Positions 13,201 to 25,700 of a stretch of DNA of 64,000 nt are shown one piece after another. The stretch's first letter is position 1. Each line of letters starts with the position of its first letter. Source of the DNA: Marsupella aquatica (lineage: Eukaryota; Plantae; Marchantiophyta); NCBI GenBank assembly GCA_973895155.1, contig OZ316893.1:5160171-5224170 (forward strand), read 5' to 3'. A model generated the notes under the pieces. It ran no database searches. It saw only the letters and a list, made by a program, of their open reading frames with translations, and was not told the DNA's origin. The position numbers and the translations under genes were made by a program.

Positions 13201-13829
13201 CTTATGTAAGCAGCCTTACGCTTCGGTCTTTCTGGATTGTACTTCAAGCTTGCGTATTGTTTAATCTTACGGTGTTCTGTGTATGGAACCCTCTGAAGTG
13301 ACAGTATGCGTTCATGAAAGATGCGAGGCGATTGATGAAGTTGTTTCACTGCGTGAAGGTGGCCAGCTTACAGGCAGAACTAGCCATCGTCCAAGCGCAG
13401 CTCGCCAGCCGCCTGGCAGTGGCAGCCTTGCAGCAACAACAGCAGCAACACCAGCAGCAACACCACCATGCCGCCGGAGGAAGCGGAGCGAGTTCGTCGT
13501 ACGACCAACAAGGAATGCCTGGCCCTAGCAACATGTCGATCGCTGCTGGTAGCTCCTCGGTGGATGGCTACAGCAACCGTGTAAAGGAAGAAGCCGCCGC
13601 CGCAGCAGCAGCAGCTTACCACCATGGGATGCAGCAGCAGCACTGCTACGACCCATCCGGGCATCAACATCAACACAATCTGGAGCACATAGCGTCCAGC
13701 CCACCAGACGAAATGGACGCCGCAAGCCAGCTGCAAAAAGCGCGCTCCGATTCCACGGAACACCAGCAGCGTGGCGGTGAGGACGGCGATCTACAGGCTC
13801 TTGCTCATGCCCTTCTCTGCCGCAAGTGA
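10238..13829 (+). CDS. LBD: Class I LOB-domain (LBD) transcription factor, LBD16/18/29-type; exons 10238-10516 and 13359-13829, about 249 aa
   Basis: C-block [11 protein letters not shown]; GAS block [13 protein letters not shown]...DPVYGC; leucine zipper LQQQ|VASLQAEL joined across a phase-0 GT-AG intron (10517-13358); C-terminal [11 protein letters not shown] motif. Confidence 0.93.
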
Positions 13830-15777
13830 CGCTCGCTTTCTGTCCGTCTGTCTGTCTCTTCGGCCCCCCTTCATCATCACTTCAATCCCGCATTCACCAT
13901 TTCACCCGACTAGACTGATGACCACCCCGGCATTTGCTGCTGTCGACGATGAACGCGCATCTGGTCGACTGCACACGCCGTCAGTGCCGCCCGCCCGGCC
14001 TGCGCTATCGAATCCCATCGCCACATTCATTTCGGGGTGCAGCACAATCCACACAACATACTTGACGAAGGAACCCACCTGGGCGGCCGACATCTTCAAC
14101 TCTTAAAAGTAGCACAGTCACACCATCTTTCTCTCTCTCGCTCGCTCTCCCTCTCTCTCACGGAAACCCCAGTTCTCCTCCTTTAGTATAGTTTCTCTTT
14201 TTTAGTAAACCACCCTGGCTTGTTTTCCCCCTTTATTGGGTCCACTGCCATTGGATCCTGTCTCTCCAGGTTTGGCTCACTTTGTTCTTGGCAGGGTGAT
14301 ATATATATAAACTGTCCATGAGCTTGTTCTATAGGAGGGTACGTGATATATATAAGCTAATCCATGAGCAAGTCGCACAACCTGGGGTGTATCCAGGTTT
14401 GGGGCATTTGTTCTTTGGCTGCAGCATGTTATATACCAACCACCCATGAGCAAGTTGCACGACCCGGGAACTCCCGGTTTTATTAATATTTTAATTTGTA
14501 TTTTTTTCCACATAGAGAGTCTAGACAGCCCTAATACCTGTGCCAATGCACCAGAGGGGCTCCCCATACGCAGACTTGCGATGCTTGTCCTGGCCAATCC
14601 GACCTGTTACCAGAGGAATTATGGCCTATGGCTTCAAACTCAGGAGTAACTATGTCATGAAGAGTAGACTTCAACTGCAAATTATAGTATAGATTGTACG
14701 CATAGAAGACCGGCCAAATAACTATAGCGTGGTCGTTTGTTGGCAGACTTATATGCCTGGCTGCTCAATGGGGGGCTTGACAATAGGCGTCACTCTTGAA
14801 TCCTACCTTGCCTCCCTTCAAAAACTTCATGTTTACACAAATTGCATCCATATCTTGGTTCCTTCTATAGACATAGGATATAGCAACTAAATTGGTTTCC
14901 AATTGACAAATAGCGTAGCACTAGTTAGTAACAAGACAGTACTACAGTAGATACTTAGCTGCTCAAACTTGAGCTGACAGTGTAAGTTATTATCGTACTT
15001 GGTGTAATTCAACTACTATTTGGGATGCACTGCAAGCACCAACACTTGCTAGCTAGTATTTTGCTTGGCACATTTTCATCACCATTTTCATCTCTTGATC
15101 TTATATGGCATCTTATCTGATGACTCCATTCTAGGACTCTCTGAGCCTTCATATATCTTGAATTGCTTCTTTTGAACCGGCTTCTACAGCATGTTCCTGT
15201 TCTTAGTTAATTTGCACATTATTTTCCCTATTATTTTCTTTGTGCATGTATGTTCCCTGGATGTGAAAGAGCTACTTAGACAGCCTATCACTAGATTCTA
15301 TTTAGCTGCAACTAAGTAAGCTAGTAGACCAAAACAAGGTATTGCCCTAGTGTGAGCCCTTGTCATAAATTATTCCCAAGAGTTAACTTTTGGAAAAGTT
15401 TGTTTCAATCTTAATCAAGGAAAATGAGGCTGGTGGTCAAGTACACTAATGTAAACTACCTAGCAGGAGAAATTAACCATACTTAGATAATAGGACAAAG
15501 TTCAAACGATTAGTTTGGCAAATTAAGATCATGATTATTTAGATCCTCTGTTTTTGGTAAGCTTCTATGCATTAGCTCCACTGAGTGACATTCGAACATT
15601 CATTACTTTTTGAAATAAATATGCTTTTGCATTGAAAGCCATATGTGGGTCAGCATGACTGATTAATTATTTAATCACACTCAGGAATACACCTCTCTAG
15701 AGAACCAACATAATTACTAGGGTGCCTCAACAATCATTGGCTCAATTGAGAAAGCTGATTGTTATCTTATAGATTAA

Positions 15778-16500
15778 CGAGCTCAATACCCGTGCATTGC
15801 ACAAAAGATGTCGTGAAGAAAAAATGTCGTGACGCCCAAGATGTCGTCAAGAGAAAAGATGTCGTGACGCCCAAGATGTCGTTAAGAGAAAAGATGTCGT
15901 GTCACCCAAGATGCCGTTAAGAAAAAAGATGTCGTTGAGACAAAAGATATCACTACGCCCAAGATGTCATTAAGAAAAAAGATGTTGTTAAATATAAAGT
16001 TGTTGTTAAATACAAAATGGTTCATAAGTAAAGTGATGTCGTGAGTGATATATGTTGTTAAGTACAAAATGGTTCATAAGTAAAGTGATGTCGTGAGTGA
16101 TATATGTTGTTAAGTACAAAATGGTTCATAAGTAAAGTGATGTCGTGAGTGATATATGTTGTTAGGTACAAAATGGTTCATAAGTAAAGTGATGTCGTGA
16201 GTGATATATGTTGTCAAGTCTCCATTGCACAAAAGATGTTGTTGGATAAATACATCGTTGCATTATTTTACAGTGTTGTTAAATAAAAAATGTCGTTAAG
16301 TAAAATATGTGGTTGCTCAAAAGATGTTGCACAAAAGATGTAGTTTACTAAAGATATCATTCGGCGAAAGACATCAATGCGTAATAGGTGACGTTGTGCT
16401 AAAAATGTAGTTGAAAAATTATCTTGGTGCGAAAGATATCTTTGTTAGAAACATCTCATTGCGTAAGAAACATTTGTCAAGTGAGAGATGTCATGACACA
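15778..16500 (-). mobile_element. Non-autonomous Helitron (3' end clear, 5' end not resolved)
   Basis: Minus-strand end GTGCAATGCACGGGTATTGAGCTCG|T matches the 3' end at 42120 (CTCG in place of CTAG); same AAGATGTCGT minisatellite; 4 x 52-bp tandem at about 16002-16215. Confidence 0.65.
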
Positions 16501-17229
16501 AAGAGAGGTGACAACCACCACCAAAGTACAACAAAATGAGAATGATTTTTTAAATTGTTTTTGTAATTTAAATCTTTTAAAAAGGATAAATTTAAAGGAG
16601 GGCAAGGGGGGAGTTGAGAGGAGGGGCCACAGAGTGGGGAGGCAAAAGGGGGCCTGGGAGGCAGAGGGCGGAGCCAGCCAGCATCTTCTGCTGCGAGCTG
16701 GGCAGGGCGGGTCATGACTTGCTATGGCTTGGTGCTGTCGCCGCGGCGTGTGCTGACATCGCGGCACTGCAATCCAAGTGATGGCTTGAGTTTCCAATTG
16801 GGTTTTTTTGTCTTATTGGTTCCATTCTTTTCTGGTTTTGATTTTTTCACCCAAAACTGCCTGGGAATTTTGAAAGGCGACCATGGTATAAATTGGTGCC
16901 ATAGTGTATTACAGTTTTTGATAATTATTACAAAAAATGCCTAAGATAAATAGAACATTTTTTATTAACATCTTGTTCTCACTTACGCATTGATGGAAAG
17001 CAGAGGGATCATCATTGATCCTTGTGCTTGCATGAGTTTATTTAATAATCATTTCCCTTTTTCTTTGTCTCTTTTGAGTGTTTCTTCCTCTTTCATTCAC
17101 ACTAAACTTTTTTATCTTTGATTTATTCCTTCCTCTTTTGCTGGAATCTTTTTTTTGGACACTGTATATTTGAATGACGACCACGGTAGGAAAGGGCGCA
17201 ACCTTGTATTATAGTTCTTGATAAGATGA

Positions 17230-17232
<3 letters not shown>

Positions 17233-17267
<35 letters not shown>
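17233..17267. repeat. (CT)n microsatellite
   Basis: Seen directly. Confidence 0.9.
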
Positions 17268-17269
<2 letters not shown>

Positions 17270-18146
17270 AAATGATGGGTTGACACAACTAGAAATCTTG
17301 CTACAGTAAGGATAACATCTTGTATTGAGTACAGGCCATTCATAAGCAGTATCGCTAACTGGAGGTCTAAAAGATATGATTGTACTCGGTATAAATACAT
17401 ATGATAGACTACTACTACAGTAACAACAAACATATGTATCAAGAAACAACTTATGATGAACTCATAGCACCCTGACCCATTGGATGACCCCCTTAAAATA
17501 AGAGTATTGATTTCCATCCTTTCCTATGTTGGTAATGAACAAATGGCAGCTACCCTAAAAAAACCTTTTGCTGGATAGGCAGCCAGACTCTTACTAACTA
17601 TCACTAGTTCATGTTTGTCCAGTGTTTTATTCCAGTCACTGCTCTGAATGCTTGTTCCACTACTATCATTGGCCCCCTGAAATTGAGATAGGAATACTCT
17701 AGCACCACATGACCATTCATCTCATATGTACACAATCCACACACACTTTGCACATGCTTGGTGTCCATCTTGTCAGGTCCACAGACTTGTGACCATGCAC
17801 ATGCTTGGGATAAGGTGCTGGCCATGGGGAACCACTTAGTGTAAAAACCCCTAAAACACGTAAGAACAAACCCATAAAATCTGAAAAAAATTGGAAATTA
17901 AAAAGTTGGATTTTTAAAAATGCCTTTAGTATAAGTGTTTGATTATAATTATTAGCCCAACAATATTAAAATAACATTGATTCATTTGTTACTTTGCACT
18001 TTGTTTAAATAATCCAACGAGTTATTCCCCAGGGTGTGTTGGCTCAACATTATGCTGACTTTGTGGATACATTTCAGCCAGTGTACAACACATGATCTTT
18101 TTTGCTCAAATCAACAACACATGGCTCATGTTCAATAGGTTGTGTA

Positions 18147-19345
18147 CTAGCCCTATGCCAGTGCGTTGCACAGAAGATGTTGAGGTGAGAAAAAGATGTT
18201 ACAGAGAAGAATGTCAATATGAAACTAAGATGTCAAGGTGAACAAAAGTGTTCAGGTCGCCCGGGATCCAGGCAAGAAAAAGATGTTGAGGTTAAAAAAA
18301 CATTTGAGGTGAGAAAATATATCAATGTGAGAAAATTATGGTGAGGAGAGAAAAAGATGTCAAGATGAGAAAAGATATCAAGGTGAGGAAATGTGTCAAG
18401 TTAGGTGATAAAATGTGTCAAGGTGAGAAAATGATGGTTAAGAGCAAAAAGATGTCAAGGACATTAAAAGATGTTGAGGAAATTTTAAAATGTCTAGGAG
18501 AGAAAAGATCATGTTCATTTGAGATGAGAAAAAGATGTCAGGGTGAGAAAAAGATGCTAGAAAACACATGTCAAGAAAATACAGGCTTTGCGATGTACTT
18601 ATTGAGGCATGTTATATGTCATCCCGGCCATACAGTCATTGTGGTCATGTTCACCACCTATTTGTCGCACATAAGATATCATTTCATACAAGATGTTGAG
18701 GAAAAGAAGTAGCTACATAAAAGATGTCCATGTTCAAAAAGATGGCATGGCCCAACTGGGGAAGGACACAAATCTATTTTAGCACAAATTTAGAGGGTCC
18801 ACCTACACAAATATGGGAATAAATGGTTTGGAATGGGATTCCATCCAATTTCTAGCCCCAGGGTCCTCACTTCTTTTCTCCAATCCATCACGCACAAATA
18901 AGTATTGGGTTTTTATTGGGTTTAGTGAAAGACGTTTAAATTTTTGTTGAAGGACATTAAGGTTATGTTAATCTAGTTTTGAGAATTATAAGAATCATAG
19001 GGTTCTTTTAAACCAAATTTCAGAATGTTCCAAGAATATTCCATTAAGTTAGGGGTAACAAAATTCCTCAAAAAACTTTCTTGACTTAAGTTTAAGAATG
19101 TTTATGACTTTGCGCATGATATGAGACACCCCTTGGATTGAGGCCCCTGAGTTTCTAACTCAAATGTTTTACTATTTAAAAGTAAAAAGAAAAAGCCCAA
19201 TTGTTTGTATAAAACTGTCCCCCTCACTAAAAACATATAAAGGATAAAGTTGTATACTAAAAAATTGCACTTGAGTCGTGGGGTATCAATGGGAGCGGTC
19301 AGTGAAAAATACCAAGATCCCTTACTATAGTGTGTGTGTGTGTGT
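18147..19345 (-). mobile_element. Non-autonomous Helitron (5' end approximate)
   Basis: Minus-strand 3' hairpin GTGCAACGCAC then TGGCATAGGGCTAG|T at 18147; AAGATGTC-type repeats; ...CTATAGTAAGGGATC near 19330 resembles the 5' end at 40407. Confidence 0.65.
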
Positions 19346-20026
19346 ATGTGTTATGTTTTCCTATAATATAAATGCTAGTCTACAGATACACGTCTCCCCA
19401 TTAATACCACTGTGACTTGAGGTAGAAACTAGTAATATGAATCTTTTTCTCATTTTAAGATTTTCCCCATGGATGGGACCTCAACCCTGGGGACGCAAGT
19501 TGTGTCTCCTGCATTATAATCTTGGGGTCTCATTATGAAGAGGCCTCCCCATCACCTGTAATGTTTTTAGGCGACAACCCCCTAAAATGTAAGATTTTTT
19601 TAATTTTTAAAAACCCCCTATATTATAACTCTAGTTGAGGGTCTATGGCAAACTGCTTGACCAAAAGTTCTGCTGCAACTCCTCTGCTCAGGATGAGCCT
19701 GGACAGCATACACAGCTTTTTGCATGTGCTTACACTATCTATTTCTCATGTTGCTCTGGCTGTGACTAAATAGGTGCTGTAGACTTCGATTAGCTTGCTT
19801 ACTCCGGCTGCATAAGAAGTGAAATTTTGTACTCTCCTAGTGAGAACTGACCGTCACTTTTTAATACCAAGAATCCCAGAGTGAGGCTCAAATAGACGAT
19901 TGACGGCTGTAGCAGAGAATAATTATTAGTGAGCACTGATGTCGTGCATAACAGCTCAAGTAACATGTGTAATAGTTGGAATAGTACGGAAGAAAGGGTT
20001 ACCAATGAGGGCTGCCTTAGCCCTCA

Positions 20027-21670
20027 TTGGTAAGGGCTGCCTTAGCCCCTACTCCTATGCTCCCTAAGTTAGTAGACTCTCAGGCAGCATTTGGGTTGTT
20101 ATTGAGATGCATCCACCCTCGTGCGTCCTATTTGGCTCGGACACATCCCCCTACCGAGGATCTTTCTCTACACCTCCGAGCGTTTGATGTCTCCATTCGT
20201 GAGACTTTGGCCTCTCTTTTAGGGCCAGGTACTTTACTCTCATCTCCGTGGCTTCATCGACAGCTCAGTCTTCCTGTTTCTCACGGTGGTTTTGGGCTTA
20301 CTTCCACTGAGCGCCTTGCACCTTTGGCCTTCTTGGGCGCGTGGGCGGCCGCCTTCTCATTGTTGGCAGATCGTTTCCTTACTGAGGATCAACCTTTTTT
20401 ACTTTCATCTCTCATGGAGGTCGAGGAGGGTTCCCTCCCATTTCAGGTTCATTTGCGCACGGCTCGGTCATCATTACCCGATCCTGTTCGAGCTGCGTTA
20501 CCTTCATTCCATGAGTTTTTATCCTTGGACCCCGTCCATCTTCAGGCAGACCTTGCTGGGCGTATGCACGCTTTCACCCTCTCCAGCATCCTCACCGAGG
20601 CACCTGACATGGACCGAGCTCGGATTCTTTCTTCCGGAAGGAAGGGCGCAGGAGGCTGGCTTCAGGCCAATCCAGTCATTCCTCACCTGCGGATGTCTTC
20701 AGCGGAGTTTGCGACAGCCATGCGTCTTCGTATGGGCTTGCCCCACCCACTTCTTGCTGGTTTACCTCCTACTTGCACTTGTGGGAAGCCTTGTGATGCC
20801 ACAGGTGTCCATCTTCTTCGATGCAGTTTGGGCGGCGAAACCATTTTTGTTCACGACGCTGTGAGAGATGCGACTGCTCAGGTTCTCTCTGGCTCTTTGG
20901 TCTGCGCGCGGCGGGAGGTGGTGCTCGAGTTACCTGGTCCTCCATCACAGCGGTTACGGGTGGATCTTACCATGGTCCGTGACGGTCACCATACTTTGGC
21001 AGATGTAGTGGTGGCAAACCCATTGCGCCAAGACATCATTGGGACAGCGGCAACAACGGCAGGGGCAGCAGCATCACGAGCAGCACAAACGAAGGAGGCC
21101 AAATATGCTGCACGAGCTTCATCTGATAGCTTCCTGCCCCTTGCTCTTGAGATATTTGGGCGTCTCCATCATCAGTTCGACGAGCTTCTTCGCCAAGCTA
21201 CTCGGGATGTTCACGGCCGGATGGGTCCCACCGGGCCCCCGCTATCTGTTTTGACCACGCACTTTCGCCAACGCATTTCAGTCACCTTACAGCATGCTCA
21301 AGCTCGGGCCGTCTATCGTCGATCTCTGACAGTGGGTGCTAGTGTGACTCCGCAGCAGCTAGCCCCCCTAGAGGACATTCCTGTCCCACTTGCCGATCTA
21401 GTTTCGACACTTGATGTAGACCACTAGCTTGTAGTCACATTTGTTAGGTATGATGAAGACCTCAGTCCATTTGCGGTAGTTTTAGTTACTCTTTCTTGGT
21501 TTTTAGGGGTTTCTTTTTGCTCACTTCTTTTAGTTTCTTTTTCTTGGTTTTTAGAGTTTCCTTTTGCTCACTTCTTTTGAGTTTGGTTTTGTCCACTTGG
21601 GACCTCTCTTGTTTATTCTTTTGTACTCTATTTGGCCTTTTTCTATATAAAGTATGTGTATATTCTCTTA
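20027..21670 (+). mobile_element. 5'-truncated CRE-like non-LTR retrotransposon (RT C-terminus, CCHC finger, restriction-like endonuclease); ORF 20027-21427
   Basis: QLSLPVSHGGFGL post-RT motif; GAGGWLQANP; MRLRMGLP; CTCG...HLLRC zinc finger; HDAVRD; RVDL...ADVVV...KEAKY PD-(D/E)xK nuclease; T-rich 3' region. Outer boundaries approximate. Confidence 0.82.
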
Positions 21671-22744
21671 ATGAGCATTTGGCCAAATTCTTGACAAATG
21701 TGTCTGCAGAATTATTCAAAGTAATTTACAAAACCTTCAGAATCAACAAAGGACTTATTTGACGTTGGTCGTGCTAGAGGTTAACAGCGTGATGCTTGTT
21801 CCTGGTTATGCAAAATAGCAGAGGTTACCCACATTGATTTTTCGCCCCCAAATAAGTACCACAAAGATGTTTCTGAATCTTAGCAGCCTATACATGTCCA
21901 ATGCACACGCGGAATAAGGATATTAATTCATATTGCTAAGAAATCATCTGCTTATTCCCTATGCCAACCCCAAAAATCTCATGTTTGAATCTGAACGTGA
22001 GTCCGCCAAATCTCATCTGGACTTCTGAACCCAAATCCACTCCCTTCAGATTACGGATCCCAGAAATCTGAGAATTGTTAGTACGAACAGGCCCCTTTCC
22101 AACAATTCACATAAGTTAGTTTTGTAATATCCTCTAAGAAGAGAAATTACATTATTTTGCACAGTGAGTATTCTCTGCTATAGATTCCACAGCAGAGAAT
22201 ACTCTCGATTCACTCTTAGCTTGTTATTTTGTCTATTGACTGTGGGCCTAAGAGATCCTGATCTATTAGTCACTGTGGGCCTATGACATCCTGATGTACA
22301 GCCGTTATCAACGGCACATTTTGGCAAGGGAATTGTCCATCCCATCTCTCTTCTCGCTAAGAAAGGAAAGCCAGAGTCAGCTAGCACTACGGTATATCAA
22401 CGGATGGGTCTTCTACGACTTAAGTTCCATGGTTCAGAGCTGCACCGTTGCCATGATTTTACATCAAAACTTCCAGAATTGTCTGGAGGGGCAGTATCCA
22501 ATTCACAAGATTGACGATGAGTGGGGTTTCTCCCCACGAATTGCGCTTTTTAAGATCAATTTCCTCGATGCCGGAGGAGGATAAACCTATGGTACAAACT
22601 CCACAATCCGGGATGATATCCTGCAGGATGATGGGGTCCATCCACCGCCAAAATTCCCAGCAGGTGAAAGATTGATTGGAGACTAATTTTGATTCTCACT
22701 GGAACTCCTACAGAATCTAACATATATTAATATCTGCACAGCAA

Positions 22745-25700
22745 CTAACGAAACAACATCTTGAGCTCCTCGAGGCGAGCTTCCCTGACTTCTTGACTGT
22801 TCAGAGCGCCAGCAATCATTCGCTGCTTCCGTGCTTGCACCAACTGCATTCTTTGCTCCACTGTATCCTGCTTCATCCAAAAACCACAGGCAAAACATCT
22901 TGTCGTCAACAGATATCAAAACCGTGGTTGGAAGATTAAGATCCGGTAAAACGCTTCGCCCTGGACATTTTCATATCATATATAGAACGTTCTTCCATTG
23001 GCAGTCTGAAGTGACATCTCCCCCACCCTACACAAGTATTTGTACGTTTGTCTTACAATTCATTTTTAATCTATTTGCTTTCCTGGAGAGGGTTGTAAGA
23101 AGGATGGTAAATAGAGGACTGCAAACGTTTATGAGAATCTAAACTGTGTTCCTGTGGGAGATTTGAACTTCGGCATTAGGCAGAGAAGGCCAGACGATCC
23201 AATGCAGGGGAGAAAGGGGAACCTTGCAAATAAATCTCTTGATGAAGACATTTCTAGCTTGACCGATTCGATGAATTCTCATAATTGCCTGCTCCTCCAC
23301 AGCCGGATTCCACCATGGGTCCAAGAGAAAAGCATGCGATGCTGCAGTGAGGTTAATACCAACACCACCAGCTTTCAGCGAGATGAGCATCACCTGCAAT
23401 CGATGACGATCGCTACAAATTAGCTTAGTTATTAGATCCTCACGTAAAAGAACGAAAACGACAATTTTGGCAAGGATAGCGGGACTACGATTTACCACTC
23501 TTACCTAAAAACGTTGACCGACCTTACCTGAATTTTTAGATCATTGCTGAAGTTTTTAATCACTTGCTCTCTCTGCTGCTGAGATAGGGACCCATCTAAA
23601 CGCACAAATTGAAAGTTTCCCCTGCCGTTGTGATATTTTAAGTCAGAAGCAACTCAAACTGACACCATAGCAATCATATGAATTACCAACAATATAGATC
23701 CTAACTCTCCGTAATGGTTCCTTGACTTCAAAATACACCTTCCAACACGTGAAAGGAGAACCTTACAAAATAAGTACATTCATTGGTAAAATACCGATAA
23801 GATTGATTCACTGCAATAATTTGCAGATCATGGCTGTACTCACTCTCACTTCTTGAACTGTTGGGAGGAGGGATGTAGGAGGAAAGATGAGAGACAACGC
23901 AGGACAATGTACAAAGGGTAGTGGTAGCCAACGGTTCACTGCTGAGGTAGGAGGGACTATCAACTGCGCCATAAGAAATCGTTCGAGGGTCACCTTTTCA
24001 GCGGTATTTGGAGCAGATCCAAGAAAGACGTCCACTGACTGAAGACGACACTCTTTTCGCCAAGCAGCCGTACTTTCTCTAACTCCTTCATAAGAGCCAT
24101 GACTTTCGACGAGGCCCTCCAGTTCTTCTCCACATCCAGGTGAAACCGGCTCTCTTTGGGAGCAGTTATCAATTCTTGCCTCGTTACATATTGCCTGAAT
24201 GCCGACCGAAAATTAACGGGCAACAGCAGTAAAGACATCCGATGAGTACCCAGTCAAACAATTCCAACGAATTCGTTTCCATGGTGCAATAACGCACAAT
24301 GTCTCCAAATCATACACAAAAGGGAAGTTTCTTACCTGCAAATTGGGCATGACCCACCGCCGTAGCTCGGCCATGACGCAAAAAGGCACTCACGGCAAAT
24401 AGAGTGAGCACAGGAAGTAAGAACTGCATCTTCCATTACTTCTAAACAGATAGGGCACTCCGCCTTTTCACCTTTCCGGAACTCGTTCACAACCTCCTCA
24501 ACAAATGCTCGGGTCGGCCCATCTCCGGACCTGGTCCCTCCCTCCATGAAATGTCTAGCTAATTTATTGAGATCAGCGAACTCGTCCGTGTCGCCACGAC
24601 TGCACCAAAATTGCAAAATTGAGTCATTGCTGAGGGTTGTGAGCTAAAGACAAGACAAACTCCCAGAGATTGCACTATATGGAAGGTTTCCATGGGCGAA
24701 ACCAGCAGAACCACAGGGAAATGACTAATACCTCATGACGAGGAACGGGTGATCGCAACATTGTCTCAATCGCAAGAGAAGCTCCAAAATAGATGCGTAA
24801 TTGTGTAGAACTTTACCCTGTTCTACAAACATATCGAACTTAACCTGCATCCAAAAAAGCCTTAACCATGTCAAGACTTGTCCTCGATTGGTGAGAAGCA
24901 GAAGCTGCATCCTAGCTTTCAAGGGACAAGGAAGCAACTTCGAACCCCTGTTGTGCAGCCAGCAACAGGATCTCAAATTGGACATATGTGGCGAATCCTA
25001 ACGACGAGAATTGCAATTATATGTATTTAGAAAGCACTTGCCTTAGACTTCTTAAAGAGAGCCTCATAGAAGTCTCGCTCTGCTTCTGACAGTTCACATT
25101 CGATCACTTGAACGTCAGCAGGCGGGAGAACTATTATGGGCCTGCACCCAAACGTACAACAAAATCGACATGATAAGATAGCTGCGTCCAGAGAAAACCC
25201 ATGTCAATCCTGCGACAAACAACTCATCAAATAAAAACACGAATAAAGAGAACTGTACTTATTGAGTTGCGTAGCGAAAATCTGTTTTAGACCAAAGGCA
25301 CAAATCAAGTGGACAAGAAACCTCACCTGCCCTCTTTATCTACGGTTTCTTTCGTCCGACGAAGCATGAGAGGCTTCAGAATTGCCTGAAGCAACTTCAA
25401 GCCCCGTTCATCACCCTCATCGAAAGGCTTCTGTATTAACTTGGTCCACCTGGAGCATCCAAATGAAAACAAGCAATTGTGTAATGGGGGTGAACTGACT
25501 TTCCCTTGTTAAGAACAAACAGTAGAATGCTAGGGAGAATAAACGATACGAGCTAAGAAAGCTAGTCTAGGAAAAGAAGGAATTTACAAACAAACACAGC
25601 ATATGTTTAATCTAACAAACAGAGGCAGTTTACTTGCCAGTGGACAAGTCCATTTCTGCGGTAGTCGATACGCAGAAGAATTCAACTGACATGAAGACTA

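Noticed and set aside
16002-16215. Regular repeats resembling a CRISPR array
   Set aside because: Head-to-tail 52-bp units with no unique spacers, no cas genes, eukaryotic context
19640-21720. Weak similarity between about 19645-19682 and 21675-21712 as a TSD of the CRE-like element
   Set aside because: Too diverged for an element with an intact frame, and not adjacent to the ORF start
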